In this document: positions 45,941 through 55,639 of the stretch, in pieces
Numbering within the stretch: position 1 is the first letter of the stretch
Layout: each line of letters opens with the position of its first letter
From: Gammaproteobacteria bacterium
GTDB taxonomy: Bacteria > Pseudomonadota > Gammaproteobacteria > Pseudomonadales > Pseudohongiellaceae
Direction of reading: 5' to 3'
DNA: 64,000 bases
Assembly (NCBI GenBank): GCA_018661465.1
Contig: JABJIC010000021.1
Location: 30,192-94,191 of the forward strand
Position numbers and translations under genes: made by a program
The notes under the pieces: generated by a model
The model's input: the letters and a program-made list of their open reading frames with translations, nothing else
Database searches by the model: none
What the model was told of the DNA's origin: nothing

Positions 45941-47437
45941 ATGGAAAATTCCACAGGTTCGGGAGCTGATTCCTCCGCTCTACCCTTTACTCCTTCACTT
46001 TTACAGGCCCTGATACCGGTTATCGTATTGGTAAGCTTGCTGTCTCTCTCGGTCTATCTTTTTGGTGATAATGCCAGTTCTGGAGCCAATCAAATCGCTC
46101 TGTGTGTGGGCGCAGCTATCGCCGCAATGATAGGCTGGAACAACGGTATGGATTGGGAGCAGATCGAAACCAGTATCGTCTCTGGAATTACTATCGCACT
46201 AAAACCTATATTGATTCTCTACTGCGTTGGTTGTCTCATAGGGGCCTGGATTCTTTCCGGTACCGTCCCTACCATGATCTACTACAGCCTGCTTCTTCTA
46301 GACCCCTCAATCTTTTATGCCGCCAGCTGCCTGATATGCGGACTGATTGCACTCAGTATTGGTAGTTCCTGGACTGTGGCAGGGACTGTGGGTATAGCCT
46401 TGATTGGCGCTGCTGCAGGTCTTGGTCTTTCCGTAGAAATTACAGCTGGCGCTATTATTTCCGGCGCATACTTCGGTGATAAAATGTCCCCGCTGTCGGA
46501 GACAACCAACCTCGCTCCTGCAGTCGCAGGAACAGATCTCTTTAGCCACATTGGCCACATGGTATGGACAACGATACCCAGCATCGTGATCGCCCTGATC
46601 CTCTACACAATAATTGGTTTGAGCATCGATACCGAATCCAGCGCAGAAGATCTCGCGATAACCATGCAGTTGATCACCGAAAATTTCACCATTAATCCGG
46701 TGATGTTGTTTCCTGTGTTCGCCTTACTTTTTATGGCAAATAAAAAATGGCCGCCGATTCCAACGATTCTGGCCGGTGCAATGATCGGTTTGGCGCTAGC
46801 TCTGATATTTCAGAGCAGTGTTGTGCTAACTCTTGCGGGTGATACGCCAAATATGTTCCTCGGACTATTCAAAGGAATCTGGCAAACCCTGTTCGAAGGT
46901 TTCACTTTGAACAGTGGCAACGCGACTCTCGATGACCTAATGACCCGCGGAGGAATGAGCTCCATGTTAAATACAACATGGCTGGTTCTTTGCGCCATGG
47001 TATTCGGTGGTGTAATGGATCACACAGGCCTTCTTAAAACTCTAGTGAATTATGCTTTGTCCTTCGTGCACAGCACCGGAAGCCTTATCGCCACTACTGT
47101 ACTTACCTGCATCGGTGCAAACATCATTACTTCTGATCAATACATTTCTATCGTATTACCGGGCCGCATGTATAAGCTTGAATATCAAAATAGAAATTTG
47201 GATGCCAAGAATCTCTCTCGCTCACTGGAAGATGCTGGCACCATGACCTCGCCATTGATCCCGTGGAATACATGTGGCGCTTATATGAGCGGCACTTTGG
47301 GAGTCGCTACTTTTGCCTACCTTCCCTATTGCTTCTTTAATTTAATCTGTCCAGTGGTAGCAGTGATCTATGGTTTTCTTAACATCAAGATTGCACCACT
47401 AGAAGATGAGCAAGTTATCGCGGTGGAACCTGCCTGA
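45941..47437 (+). CDS. NhaC-family Na+/H+ antiporter-type transporter
   Basis: 498 aa and polytopic. NhaC-like segments include GSSWTVAGTVGIALIG and SPLIPWNTCGAYM. Confidence 0.8.
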   Translation: MENSTGSGADSSALPFTPSLLQALIPVIVLVSLLSLSVYLFGDNASSGANQIALCVGAAIAAMIGWNNGMDWEQIETSIVSGITIALKPILILYCVGCLIGAWILSGTVPTMIYYSLLLLDPSIFYAASCLICGLIALSIGSSWTVAGTVGIALIGAAAGLGLSVEITAGAIISGAYFGDKMSPLSETTNLAPAVAGTDLFSHIGHMVWTTIPSIVIALILYTIIGLSIDTESSAEDLAITMQLITENFTINPVMLFPVFALLFMANKKWPPIPTILAGAMIGLALALIFQSSVVLTLAGDTPNMFLGLFKGIWQTLFEGFTLNSGNATLDDLMTRGGMSSMLNTTWLVLCAMVFGGVMDHTGLLKTLVNYALSFVHSTGSLIATTVLTCIGANIITSDQYISIVLPGRMYKLEYQNRNLDAKNLSRSLEDAGTMTSPLIPWNTCGAYMSGTLGVATFAYLPYCFFNLICPVVAVIYGFLNIKIAPLEDEQVIAVEPA

Positions 47438-47477
47438 TCTAGAAATACGGAATTAGAAGTAGTCCGTCTATTACAGG

Positions 47478-48050
47478 CTAGCCAAACTCGTTTCGAAATT
47501 TCCAACAGCTAATAACCCTGCCTAGAAAATCTTCTCGAGATAGAGGGTCATCGAGTTTGTCTTCGTCTATCACTGGAATACCAGGAAAATTTTCAATAAA
47601 TTTCCCAGCGTATATTCCAGTTCCTCGTTTTTCAAATACTTCTTTGTCCCAAATTTTTACATTTCCCAAGCCGCAGCTTGGTGAGCCCTTCTTGAATATG
47701 TAGCCGCACAATTGCTGATGCCAGGAAGCTTGTTGATCTGCTAAGTCTTGCAAAGAATCTGTTACGTCAATGCTCCCATTGCCTATCTGAACACAACGAA
47801 TTAATCCTTGTTTATTTTTAGTGAGCCGAATCGGCTTGCGGGGAACACCCAAACCTATCTCTAGTTCTGGGCAGAATTTATTGAACTGCAAATATTGGCC
47901 GAGAGTGTCGGTAATAAAAACACTGTGCTTATGGTCACCGTCGTAACGAACTTTATCTCCAACAAGACAGCTACTGACTCCAACAGGAATTTTTGATTTC
48001 CCGCCGAGGAGTTTATCCAATAGGCGAAAGTGATTCGCTAAGCGATCCAT
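47478..48050 (-). CDS. DUF523 protein (TudS-like thio-nucleobase/nucleotide desulfidase family)
   Basis: 190 aa. The DUF523 pattern is VGVSSCLVGDKVRYDG ... KKGSPSCGLGNV, with conserved Cys ligands. The ATG lies 1 nt after the yhbQ stop. Confidence 0.7.
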   Translation of the reverse strand: MDRLANHFRLLDKLLGGKSKIPVGVSSCLVGDKVRYDGDHKHSVFITDTLGQYLQFNKFCPELEIGLGVPRKPIRLTKNKQGLIRCVQIGNGSIDVTDSLQDLADQQASWHQQLCGYIFKKGSPSCGLGNVKIWDKEVFEKRGTGIYAGKFIENFPGIPVIDEDKLDDPLSREDFLGRVISCWKFRNEFG

Positions 48051-48051
48051 T

Positions 48052-48357
48052 CTATGTCTGCTTCAACACTAAAGATTTCAAACCTGCTTTACCCAGAATG
48101 AATTTTTCCTTTTCCACTTTGCTTAGCTGCTTCACTCTGTATTCTAGTTTGAGAGCCTCAGAGCGATTTTTTACCGGCTCACTGAATACCACAGTCAATG
48201 GTCGTTTACCCCTTAAAGCTTTTGCTCCTTTGCCCTTGCCATCGACATCCTGATGTTCGCCAAAACGCCGATCAACATCTGTAGTTATTCCGGTATATAG
48301 ACTACCGTCAGCACATCGCAGCAAATAGAGATTCCAGTTTTTCACGCTGTCCGTCAA
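48052..48357 (-). CDS. yhbQ: GIY-YIG nuclease-superfamily protein YhbQ (UPF0213)
   Basis: 101 aa. [29 protein letters not shown]...[10 protein letters not shown]...EYRVKQLSK is near-colinear with E. coli YhbQ as I recall it. The start is either the TTG at 48357 (which shares 3 nt with the upstream TGA, giving a 4-nt TTGA overlap) or the GTG at 48345. Confidence 0.8.
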   Translation of the reverse strand: MTDSVKNWNLYLLRCADGSLYTGITTDVDRRFGEHQDVDGKGKGAKALRGKRPLTVVFSEPVKNRSEALKLEYRVKQLSKVEKEKFILGKAGLKSLVLKQT

Positions 48358-49214
48358 ACCTCAGGGTCTCCGCTTGTAGTCTGCCAGAGTTCTCCATCAA
48401 CGCTTACGGCTCCCTCACTCTGAAGTTTTATTAAATGAGCCAACATGGTTCTCTTTGCCCAGGGGATTAAATGATCAGCGACATCGTCATATGCCGATAC
48501 AACCAGCCTATCCAGATCGCAGCTACCGAGTAATTTCAGTCGATCCTCTATCTTCTTCTCTCGCTTCAGACGATGTGCAATCAATTGCTCCAATTCCAAC
48601 TGAGGCTGATCCATTAGATCCCCGTGCCCGGGAGCGAAGTAACGAAGTGACAGAGACTGCAATTCCTTAAGTGACCCTAAGTACGCCGCCATATCTCCAT
48701 CGGGGGGCAGGATTACGGAGGTGGTGCCTTGTAAAACATGATCACCGGTGAATAGCAGCTCCTCTTCCTGAAGAAAAAAACAAATATGATTGGAAACATG
48801 ACCCGGGGTATGAATCAGGCGTATGGAATACTCATCGGTTTCGACGACATCTCCATGGCACCATTGCCTGTCGGGCTGGAAACTTTGATCATGGCCGGTA
48901 GGCAGTGGCGCAGGAAGTCCAACCAGAACAGCACCGGTGGCTTCCTTCAGTTTGAGCGCCCCCGGTGAGTGATCGCCATGGGTGTGGGTTACCAGAATAT
49001 ATTCCAGTGTTGAATCGCCAATGGCATCCATGAAACTGTCGAATTGAGCGTCATCTCTCGGCCCGGGATCCAACAAACAGAGCTTATCTTTGCCAATGAG
49101 ATAGCTGTTAGTCCCCGGTCCCGTCATAGCGCTAGGGTTTCTGCCCAGTATTCGTCTTACTGGCACATTGGTCTCGCCAATAGCCACTGCTTTGCCCGCT
49201 TCAAATCCCTTCAT
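48354..49214 (-). CDS. MBL-fold metallo-hydrolase, LACTB2-like
   Basis: 286 aa with the metal motif THTHGDH. The N-terminal [17 protein letters not shown] and a C-terminal helical (winged-helix-like) extension are typical of the LACTB2 subgroup. Confidence 0.75.
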   Translation of the reverse strand: MKGFEAGKAVAIGETNVPVRRILGRNPSAMTGPGTNSYLIGKDKLCLLDPGPRDDAQFDSFMDAIGDSTLEYILVTHTHGDHSPGALKLKEATGAVLVGLPAPLPTGHDQSFQPDRQWCHGDVVETDEYSIRLIHTPGHVSNHICFFLQEEELLFTGDHVLQGTTSVILPPDGDMAAYLGSLKELQSLSLRYFAPGHGDLMDQPQLELEQLIAHRLKREKKIEDRLKLLGSCDLDRLVVSAYDDVADHLIPWAKRTMLAHLIKLQSEGAVSVDGELWQTTSGDPEV

Positions 49215-49493
49215 TAAGCCAAAATCCTCTATTGATTTTCAATCATAACCCGAAGGGCTTCTCTCCCAAACCCCATGGGGCGCAAACCTCATAAATAGTA
49301 GAATTGCGACTGGAGTTTCAGCTCAATTCGCGACATAATTGCCGCGCTTTTAGATTCCCATTTTCCGCAGTAAAGCTCTGACAAGACGCGGTATCACGGC
49401 AGATGAATCAACAACTCGGTAAGTAATTGACCTGCAAACAATTGTTTGGCACGGCCAGAATTCTATTGCCAATTATTCTCAGGATTTAACAAA

Positions 49494-50675
49494 ATGCACA
49501 AGATACAAACCTTCAATCAGATCTCTAATCTAGGACTTGATCGCTTCCCCGGTCAGCAATACGAGGTTGGTGCCGAGGTAGCATCTGCCGAAGCTATCTT
49601 GTTGCGTAGCCACAAACTGGATACGTCTTCCATTAGCGCCGAGCTAAGAGCCGTTGGAAGAGCTGGCGCTGGCACCAACAATGTTCCAGTGAGTGAATGT
49701 ACCGATCAAGGAGTGGTTGTTTTCAATACACCGGGCGCCAATGCTAATGCAGTCAAGGAGTTGGTGCTTTGCTCCATGCTTCTGGCATCAAGAGGAATTG
49801 TTCCCGGAATTCAGTTCGCTGGTTCGCAGACAGATATCAGCGACTATGGTGACTTGTCTAAATTAATGGAACAAGAGAAAAAGCGTTTCAAGGGTGGCGA
49901 AATAGCGGGCAAAACTCTCGGCGTTATAGGTCTGGGGGCCATTGGATCCATGGTTGCCGAAATGGCCATCGATCTTGGCATGAAGGTTCAGGGTTATGAC
50001 CCCGCACTCTCCGTAGAAGCAGCGTGGAGATTGCCCAGCAAAGTTAAGCGAATTGAGAATATCAGTTCATTGGTTGCTAGTTCCGACTTCATCTCCCTGC
50101 ATTTACCAGTATTAGATGCCACTAGAGGATTGATCAACGCAGAGATGTTTGCCGCAATGCGACCAGGCACTTGCCTGCTGAACTTTGCTCGAGATGAGAT
50201 TGTCGATTCTGAAGCACTAATTGCCGGTTTAGATTCTGGCAAGCTGGGCAAATACATCAGTGACTTTCCTCGCCCTGAACTAATGGGCAGAGAGAACGTG
50301 ATCTCTATGCCCCATATCGGCGCAAGCACTGCCGAGGCGGAAAATAATTGTGCAGTAATGGCTGCAGACCAACTTATGGATTTTCTGGAGAATGGAAATA
50401 TCAAGAACTCCGTGAACTTCCCGGCCACCCATCTGGAGCGCTCAGCCGATGCCGCCGCAGGAGCTCGCCTTGCGATTTGCAATAAGAATGTCCCCACCAT
50501 ATTGGGGCAAATCTTATCTGTCCTCGCTGACCAAAACATTAATGTCATCGATATGCTGAATAAAAGCCGAGATGATATTGCCTATAACCTTATCGATGTC
50601 GAAACAGCACCATCAGAAAGTTCTATAGCTGCTATTGCGGACATCGAAGATGTAATGAAAGTTACACTGCTTTAA
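49494..50675 (+). CDS. serA: D-3-phosphoglycerate dehydrogenase
   Basis: I use the ATG at 49494 (MHKIQTFNQIS). The NAD motif is GVIGLGAIGSMVA, and the catalytic His lies in MPHIGAST. A C-terminal ACT domain is present. serC follows. Confidence 0.88.
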   Translation: MHKIQTFNQISNLGLDRFPGQQYEVGAEVASAEAILLRSHKLDTSSISAELRAVGRAGAGTNNVPVSECTDQGVVVFNTPGANANAVKELVLCSMLLASRGIVPGIQFAGSQTDISDYGDLSKLMEQEKKRFKGGEIAGKTLGVIGLGAIGSMVAEMAIDLGMKVQGYDPALSVEAAWRLPSKVKRIENISSLVASSDFISLHLPVLDATRGLINAEMFAAMRPGTCLLNFARDEIVDSEALIAGLDSGKLGKYISDFPRPELMGRENVISMPHIGASTAEAENNCAVMAADQLMDFLENGNIKNSVNFPATHLERSADAAAGARLAICNKNVPTILGQILSVLADQNINVIDMLNKSRDDIAYNLIDVETAPSESSIAAIADIEDVMKVTLL

Positions 50676-50714
50676 TTTTTTACTTTTTGACTTTAATTTT
50701 ATGGGAAAGAAACA

Positions 50715-51803
50715 ATGACTCGTGTTTTCAATTTTGGCGCAGGACCCGCAATGCTGCCGACGGCGGTGATGGAAAAAGCGCAACAGGAATTCTTGAATTA
50801 TGCAGGCATGGGAGCCTCAGTAATTGAGATAAGCCATCGCTCTGCAGAATTTGACCAAGTGATTAATGAAGCGGATGCGTTACTCACTGAACTCGCCAAC
50901 ATTCCAGACAATTACAAGATTCTGTATGTTCACGGTGGCGCACAGATGCAGTTTTCAGCTGTTCCGATGAATTTAATCAATCGGCTTGATGCAAGAAAGG
51001 CCGCGTATATTGAAACAGGAAACTTTGCCAAAGTTGCTGCAAAAGAAGCCGCTCGCTACGGTGACATCAATATCGCTGCAAGCAGTGAGGCAAGCGACTA
51101 TGACTGCATTCCTGACTTTGATGTTTCTGGCGTCGATGCGGATACTTCATATATCCATCTAACCAGTAATAACACGATTTACGGCACTCGCTGGCAGCAG
51201 TTTCCGAACACAGGTGATATTCCTCTAGTTGCTGATATGACATCTGAATTACTGTCTAGAGAAATTGATATCTCGCAGTTCGGTATCATATTCGCAGGCT
51301 TGCAGAAAAATCTTGGCCCTGCAGGTCTCGCTTGCGTCATTGTGAGAGAAGATCTACTAGGTCTCGCTATCCCGGAAACTCCGAATCTACTTAACTACAA
51401 GACCTATGCCGACAAACATTCTTTGGCCAACACTAATAACACTTTTGCCATTTATATGATGAAATTGGTATTGGAATGGCTAAAGGAACAAGGCGGTGTT
51501 GATGCTATCGAAGCTAAAAATGATAGCAAGGCTGCCCTGCTTTACGATGTAGTCGACAACTCTGACTTTTACCTGGGCACGGCTCAATCAGCTCATCGCT
51601 CAGTAATGAATGTAACTTTTAATCTGGCCAATGATGAGCTTTTGGGTAAGTTTCTAAGTGAAGCATTGGAGAGTGGCCTCTATGCTCTTAAGGGTCACCG
51701 AAATGTTGGTGGTGTTCGAGCTTCAATCTACAATGCCATGCCACGAGAAGGCTGCCAAACTTTGGCTGACTTCATGCTGAACTTCGAGAAAACCAACGGC
51801 TAG
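50715..51803 (+). CDS. serC: Phosphoserine aminotransferase
   Basis: 362 aa with the N-terminus FNFGAGPAMLP and the PLP-lysine region FAGLQKNLGPAG. Confidence 0.93.
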   Translation: MTRVFNFGAGPAMLPTAVMEKAQQEFLNYAGMGASVIEISHRSAEFDQVINEADALLTELANIPDNYKILYVHGGAQMQFSAVPMNLINRLDARKAAYIETGNFAKVAAKEAARYGDINIAASSEASDYDCIPDFDVSGVDADTSYIHLTSNNTIYGTRWQQFPNTGDIPLVADMTSELLSREIDISQFGIIFAGLQKNLGPAGLACVIVREDLLGLAIPETPNLLNYKTYADKHSLANTNNTFAIYMMKLVLEWLKEQGGVDAIEAKNDSKAALLYDVVDNSDFYLGTAQSAHRSVMNVTFNLANDELLGKFLSEALESGLYALKGHRNVGGVRASIYNAMPREGCQTLADFMLNFEKTNG

Positions 51804-51829
51804 TCTCCCCATTAGGTAGCGCAACACTG

Positions 51830-51875
51830 ACAGTTTCAGATGCCCTTCTTGGCACCTGAAACTGTTATACTTTTG
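51830..51875 (+). terminator. Rho-independent terminator after serC
   Basis: ACAGTTTCAGATGCC-cttctt-GGCACCTGAAACTGT forms a 15-bp stem with one mismatch. It is followed by TATACTTTTG. Confidence 0.7.
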
Positions 51876-51906
51876 CTGACTCTATTCAAGCCAGCATAAT
51901 AATGTA

Positions 51907-52989
51907 ATGCCACGTAAGATTATCCATTGCGATTGCGATTGCTTCTATGCCTCCATAGAGATGCGAGACAATCCCAATCTTGTCGATAAACCTATTGCCG
52001 TGGGAGGCTCTCCGAATCGGCGCGGAGTCGTCGCCACCTGCAACTATGTCGCAAGGGAGTTTGGCATTCACTCAGCCATGGCTTCGGCTACTGCCCGCAA
52101 AAAATGTCCAGAGTTAATAATTATCAGGCCCGACATGGAAAAATACCGGCTGGCCTCAAGTCAGATCCATGAAATTTTCCAGAAATACACTAGCCTGATT
52201 GAACCACTATCTCTGGATGAAGCCTTTTTGGATGTTAGTGACTGTGAGTTATTCGATGGATCAGATACACGGATTGCTGAAGCCATCCGAGATGAAGTCA
52301 GACAGACGGTAAATATTACAATCTCGGCGGGTATCGCGCCTAATAAATTCCTGGCAAAAGTAGCTAGCGACTGGAATAAACCCGATGGCCAGTTTCTTAT
52401 CAAACCAGAAGAGGTAAGTGAGTTCGTAGCCAAATTACCAGTTAAAAAACTCCCGGGAGTTGGCAAGGTTACGGCAAGCAGACTCAAAAACATCGGCATC
52501 GAGACTTGTAGCGACGTCAAAAACTATGATGAGCAACAACTAGTTGAAAAGTTTGGAAGCTTCGGAGAAAGACTGATTCGTCTCAGTAGTGGAATTGATA
52601 ATCGTCCGGTTGAAACAGAGCGAATCAGAAAGTCAGTAAGTGTAGAAAACACATATGCCGTGGACCTGCCAGATTTGAATAGCTGCATCAATGAGTTACC
52701 TGACCTGTATATGCAACTCGCCAAGAGACTGGATCGCCTCGACAGCGGCCTGCAGATTCAAAAACAATTCATTAAGATCAAGTTCCATGATTTTATCCAT
52801 ACTACAGTGGAAATGATTTCCGAAAATACTGACATTCAAAACTTTAATACGCTGTGTGAGCAAGGTTTTTCCAGAGGAAATAAACCAGTCAGGTTATTGG
52901 GAATGGGAGTACGGGTAACACCCAGAGTGGAAGAAGGTGAAGACTCAAATTCTGACAACGATCAATTAAGCCTCACACTGGACCTTTGA
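51907..52989 (+). CDS. dinB: DNA polymerase IV
   Basis: 360 aa with the Y-family N-terminus KIIHCDCDCFYASIEMRDNP and SLDEAFLDV. Confidence 0.93.
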   Translation: MPRKIIHCDCDCFYASIEMRDNPNLVDKPIAVGGSPNRRGVVATCNYVAREFGIHSAMASATARKKCPELIIIRPDMEKYRLASSQIHEIFQKYTSLIEPLSLDEAFLDVSDCELFDGSDTRIAEAIRDEVRQTVNITISAGIAPNKFLAKVASDWNKPDGQFLIKPEEVSEFVAKLPVKKLPGVGKVTASRLKNIGIETCSDVKNYDEQQLVEKFGSFGERLIRLSSGIDNRPVETERIRKSVSVENTYAVDLPDLNSCINELPDLYMQLAKRLDRLDSGLQIQKQFIKIKFHDFIHTTVEMISENTDIQNFNTLCEQGFSRGNKPVRLLGMGVRVTPRVEEGEDSNSDNDQLSLTLDL

Positions 52990-52998
52990 AAAAACATC

Positions 52999-53493
52999 AT
53001 GAGCCGATACCGCCCCCCTCAAAAACCTTCATCAAAATACATCAGCGCTGCCGGTGAAAAGACCCTTAAGGACGAGTTAAATTATCTCTGGAAAGAAGAA
53101 CGTCCAATAATTACGCAATCTGTTTCGGAGGCAGCTGCAATGGGTGATCGCTCAGAGAATGCTGACTACATTTACGGAAAGAAGCGACTGCGGGAAATAG
53201 ACAGAAGAGTCAGATACCTTAGCAAGAGACTGGAAGAAGTTACCGTTGTCTCTACCATTCCAGACAACACAGACAAAATTTATTTCGGGGCCAAAGTCAC
53301 ACTGGAGGATGAGCAAGGAGAAACCTTCAGCTATCGCCTTCTGGGCGCTGATGAAATAGACCCCAGCAAAGGCCACGTAAGCATCGATGCCCCTCTTGGG
53401 CGTACTCTTCTAGGTAAGGAATTGGACACTGAAGTGGAAGTTATCTCACCCCAAGGCACGAAGCAGTATCATATTCTTGCCATCGAGTATTAG
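52999..53493 (+). CDS. greB: Transcription elongation factor GreB
   Basis: 164 aa. The sequence ISAAGEKTLKDELNYLW...GDRSENADYIYGKKRLREIDRRVRYL is GreB-type. Confidence 0.88.
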   Translation: MSRYRPPQKPSSKYISAAGEKTLKDELNYLWKEERPIITQSVSEAAAMGDRSENADYIYGKKRLREIDRRVRYLSKRLEEVTVVSTIPDNTDKIYFGAKVTLEDEQGETFSYRLLGADEIDPSKGHVSIDAPLGRTLLGKELDTEVEVISPQGTKQYHILAIEY

Positions 53494-53508
53494 GCTGACT
53501 ATCCAGAG

Positions 53509-54519
53509 ATGAAACAAGTCACTCTTATTGCGATCCCTGGAGCTCTGGGCTCAGCCCTCACCATAGCTCTGGAAATGCTGAGCGCGGCTAACGATATTGC
53601 CCGTGCAGGCAAGGATCAAAGCAAAGTCATTGAACTAAATATTGTGTCTGCATCTCCGGAGCTTAAAGTGGAACTCTATGGAGGACTAAAAATTGAGTGC
53701 GCAAAAAGCATCCAGGACATATCACACAGTGAACTGATATTCCTGCCAGGTGTTTGGGGGAACCCTCTAAAATCCTTGAGAAATAATGAGCAATTATCCA
53801 CATGGTTAGTTAACGCACACGAAAATGGCAGCATCATCTGCTCCAGTGTAACTGGGAGCTACTTTCTCGCTGAAGCAGGTCTTTTGAATGACAGGGTAGC
53901 CACGACGCATTGGCGATTCTTTGATCATTTCGAAAAACAGTACCCGAAAGTGAAACTGCAGAGAAAGCGCTTTATTACCAGTGATAAGGGTTTGTATTGC
54001 ACGGGGAGTATCAACGCTATTCGAGACTTGATACTGCACTTAATAGAGCAATTATTTGGAGAGCCTATTAGAAATGAGGTGTCGAGGCATTTCTCCCACG
54101 AATTGAAAAGATCGTTCGAATCGATGCTCTTAAATGAAGACCAGAGAAGCAGTCATCACGATGAGGAAATTATTAAGATTCAGGATTGGATTCAGCTTAA
54201 TTTTCAATCCAAACTACAAATTTCCAAAATAGCGCAAAGGTTTGGCTTGAGTGTACGCTCTCTAAACAGGCGGTTTAAGCTTGCAACCAATGCCACACCC
54301 TTGGATTACTTGCAGGATGTTCGTATAGGCCATGCTATGGAATTGTTGAAACAAAGCAACCTGAATGTATCAGAGGTCGCCCACCTGGTGGGCTATCAGG
54401 ACGCAAGTTATTTCAGTGACCTTTTCAAGAAGCACAACTCAGTGACGCCCCATGAATACAGAAATGTGGTTAGAACCAAACTCTTCCTGGCTGAAACAAA
54501 TCAGCAGCTAGTCCGCTAA
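53509..54519 (+). CDS. GlxA-family transcriptional regulator (DJ-1/PfpI domain + AraC HTH)
   Basis: 336 aa. The N-terminal DJ-1/PfpI-like fold contains ICSSVTGSYFLAEAGLL, and the C-terminal AraC-type HTH contains VAHLVGYQDASYFSDLFKKH. Confidence 0.85.
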   Translation: MKQVTLIAIPGALGSALTIALEMLSAANDIARAGKDQSKVIELNIVSASPELKVELYGGLKIECAKSIQDISHSELIFLPGVWGNPLKSLRNNEQLSTWLVNAHENGSIICSSVTGSYFLAEAGLLNDRVATTHWRFFDHFEKQYPKVKLQRKRFITSDKGLYCTGSINAIRDLILHLIEQLFGEPIRNEVSRHFSHELKRSFESMLLNEDQRSSHHDEEIIKIQDWIQLNFQSKLQISKIAQRFGLSVRSLNRRFKLATNATPLDYLQDVRIGHAMELLKQSNLNVSEVAHLVGYQDASYFSDLFKKHNSVTPHEYRNVVRTKLFLAETNQQLVR

Positions 54520-54553
54520 GGAACTAACTGCTGATTGCGTATCAAGCCACTCA

Positions 54554-54853
54554 CTAGGCAGTTTTTTGTTCGAACTTCTTCAATTGCTCCGCGCTAGCCT
54601 CTGTTTGATATTTTTCTTTCCATTCCGAATAGGGCATGCCGTAGACGAACTGCCTAGCTTCATCATAATTGATCTCTATATCTCTCGAATCCGCTTCCGC
54701 CATATACCATTTTGACAGGCAATTGCGACAGAAGCTGGCGAGATTCATTAAATCAATATTTTGCACATCCTTATTACTGTCCAGGTGATCTAGTAATCTT
54801 CGAAATGTAGCTGCTTCCAGCTCAGTTTGAACTTCTTGATTTATTGAAGCCAT
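54554..54853 (-). CDS. DUF1244 family protein
   Basis: 99 aa. The pattern FRRLLDHLDSNKDVQNIDLMNLASFCRNCLSKWY is typical of DUF1244. Confidence 0.7.
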   Translation of the reverse strand: MASINQEVQTELEAATFRRLLDHLDSNKDVQNIDLMNLASFCRNCLSKWYMAEADSRDIEINYDEARQFVYGMPYSEWKEKYQTEASAEQLKKFEQKTA

Positions 54854-54881
54854 TTATTACTCACTGTTTTATTTCAACTCA

Positions 54882-55253
54882 CTATGCTGCTTCGATGTCG
54901 AAGTTTTCCACGTCCTTAGACGCAGGCGTAGAACGATGCTTCTTATCGATGGATTTAAGCTGACGTTCGGCAACGTTAAATGCGTCTCGGATCGCGATAT
55001 ATAAATCCTCATGGGCATGGTTATCATGCTGATCTTGATTAACCCTGACTTCCTTTTCCGAAGTATGGATCTCAAGGGTAACTGAGTAAACCCTTCCTTT
55101 GTGATGGTTGTTGTGAGGTGAATCCAACACAACTCGACCGGTAATAATTTGATCGCAGTAACGTTCCAGCTTGTTAATCCTCTTCTGAACAGCTTCAGTT
55201 AAGGCATCTGTTTGATCGATGTTGTGAAATAGAACTTGGAATGCATTAGTCAT
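54882..55253 (-). CDS. HPF/RaiA-family ribosome-associated protein (short form)
   Basis: 123 aa. HNIDQTDALTEAVQKRINKLERYCDQIITGRVVL...DLYIAIRDAFNVAERQL matches the S30AE/sigma-54 modulation protein fold pattern. Confidence 0.65.
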   Translation of the reverse strand: MTNAFQVLFHNIDQTDALTEAVQKRINKLERYCDQIITGRVVLDSPHNNHHKGRVYSVTLEIHTSEKEVRVNQDQHDNHAHEDLYIAIRDAFNVAERQLKSIDKKHRSTPASKDVENFDIEAA

Positions 55254-55305
55254 AAAATACTATCTCCTGATTTTCATTCAATTAACGGAATTCAATTTTG
55301 TAGGC

Positions 55306-55575
55306 TTAGGGTTTCTCCTCTGGTTGAACTAAAGCTAGGTTAATAGCGCTCGACATTTTGAAACCGAAGAGTCGGCTCCACTGCTGCGCTAGGGTTTGAC
55401 GTGAATAAAGATGGACTAGCCCAAGGCCGAAAACAGGGAAACCGTTTTCGAAAATTTTCGATGCTAGCTGGGAAACAATAGAAAGTTGAGAAAATAGGGT
55501 TAGAGGAAGAAGTCTAAATACGATGGTATTCAGGTAGTTCAATTCAAACTTAAACAGGTTAATGAATCCTGCCAT
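55306..55575 (-). CDS. Small hypothetical protein (89 aa)
   Basis: An ATG at 55575 is preceded by a strong SD (TAAGGAGGggtgATG). The protein is amphipathic/hydrophobic and I recognise no motif. It lies in an otherwise empty 386-nt gap. Confidence 0.4.
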   Translation of the reverse strand: MAGFINLFKFELNYLNTIVFRLLPLTLFSQLSIVSQLASKIFENGFPVFGLGLVHLYSRQTLAQQWSRLFGFKMSSAINLALVQPEEKP

Positions 55576-55639
55576 CACCCCTCCTTAGTGTTCTGAATCT
55601 AGATTACCGCAGTCAAAAGCATTTGTCTAAATAACTTAC

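Noticed and set aside
49994-50548. 184-aa minus-strand ORF
   Set aside because: It is antisense inside serA. The Ala/Ser/Arg-rich composition is characteristic of the reverse frame of a real gene.
54499-54536. 9-bp inverted repeat AATCAGCAG-N20-CTGCTGATT spanning the stop codon of the GlxA-family regulator
   Set aside because: It could be a terminator stem, but the loop is 20 nt and there is no U-tract. It is not distinguishable from chance by eye.
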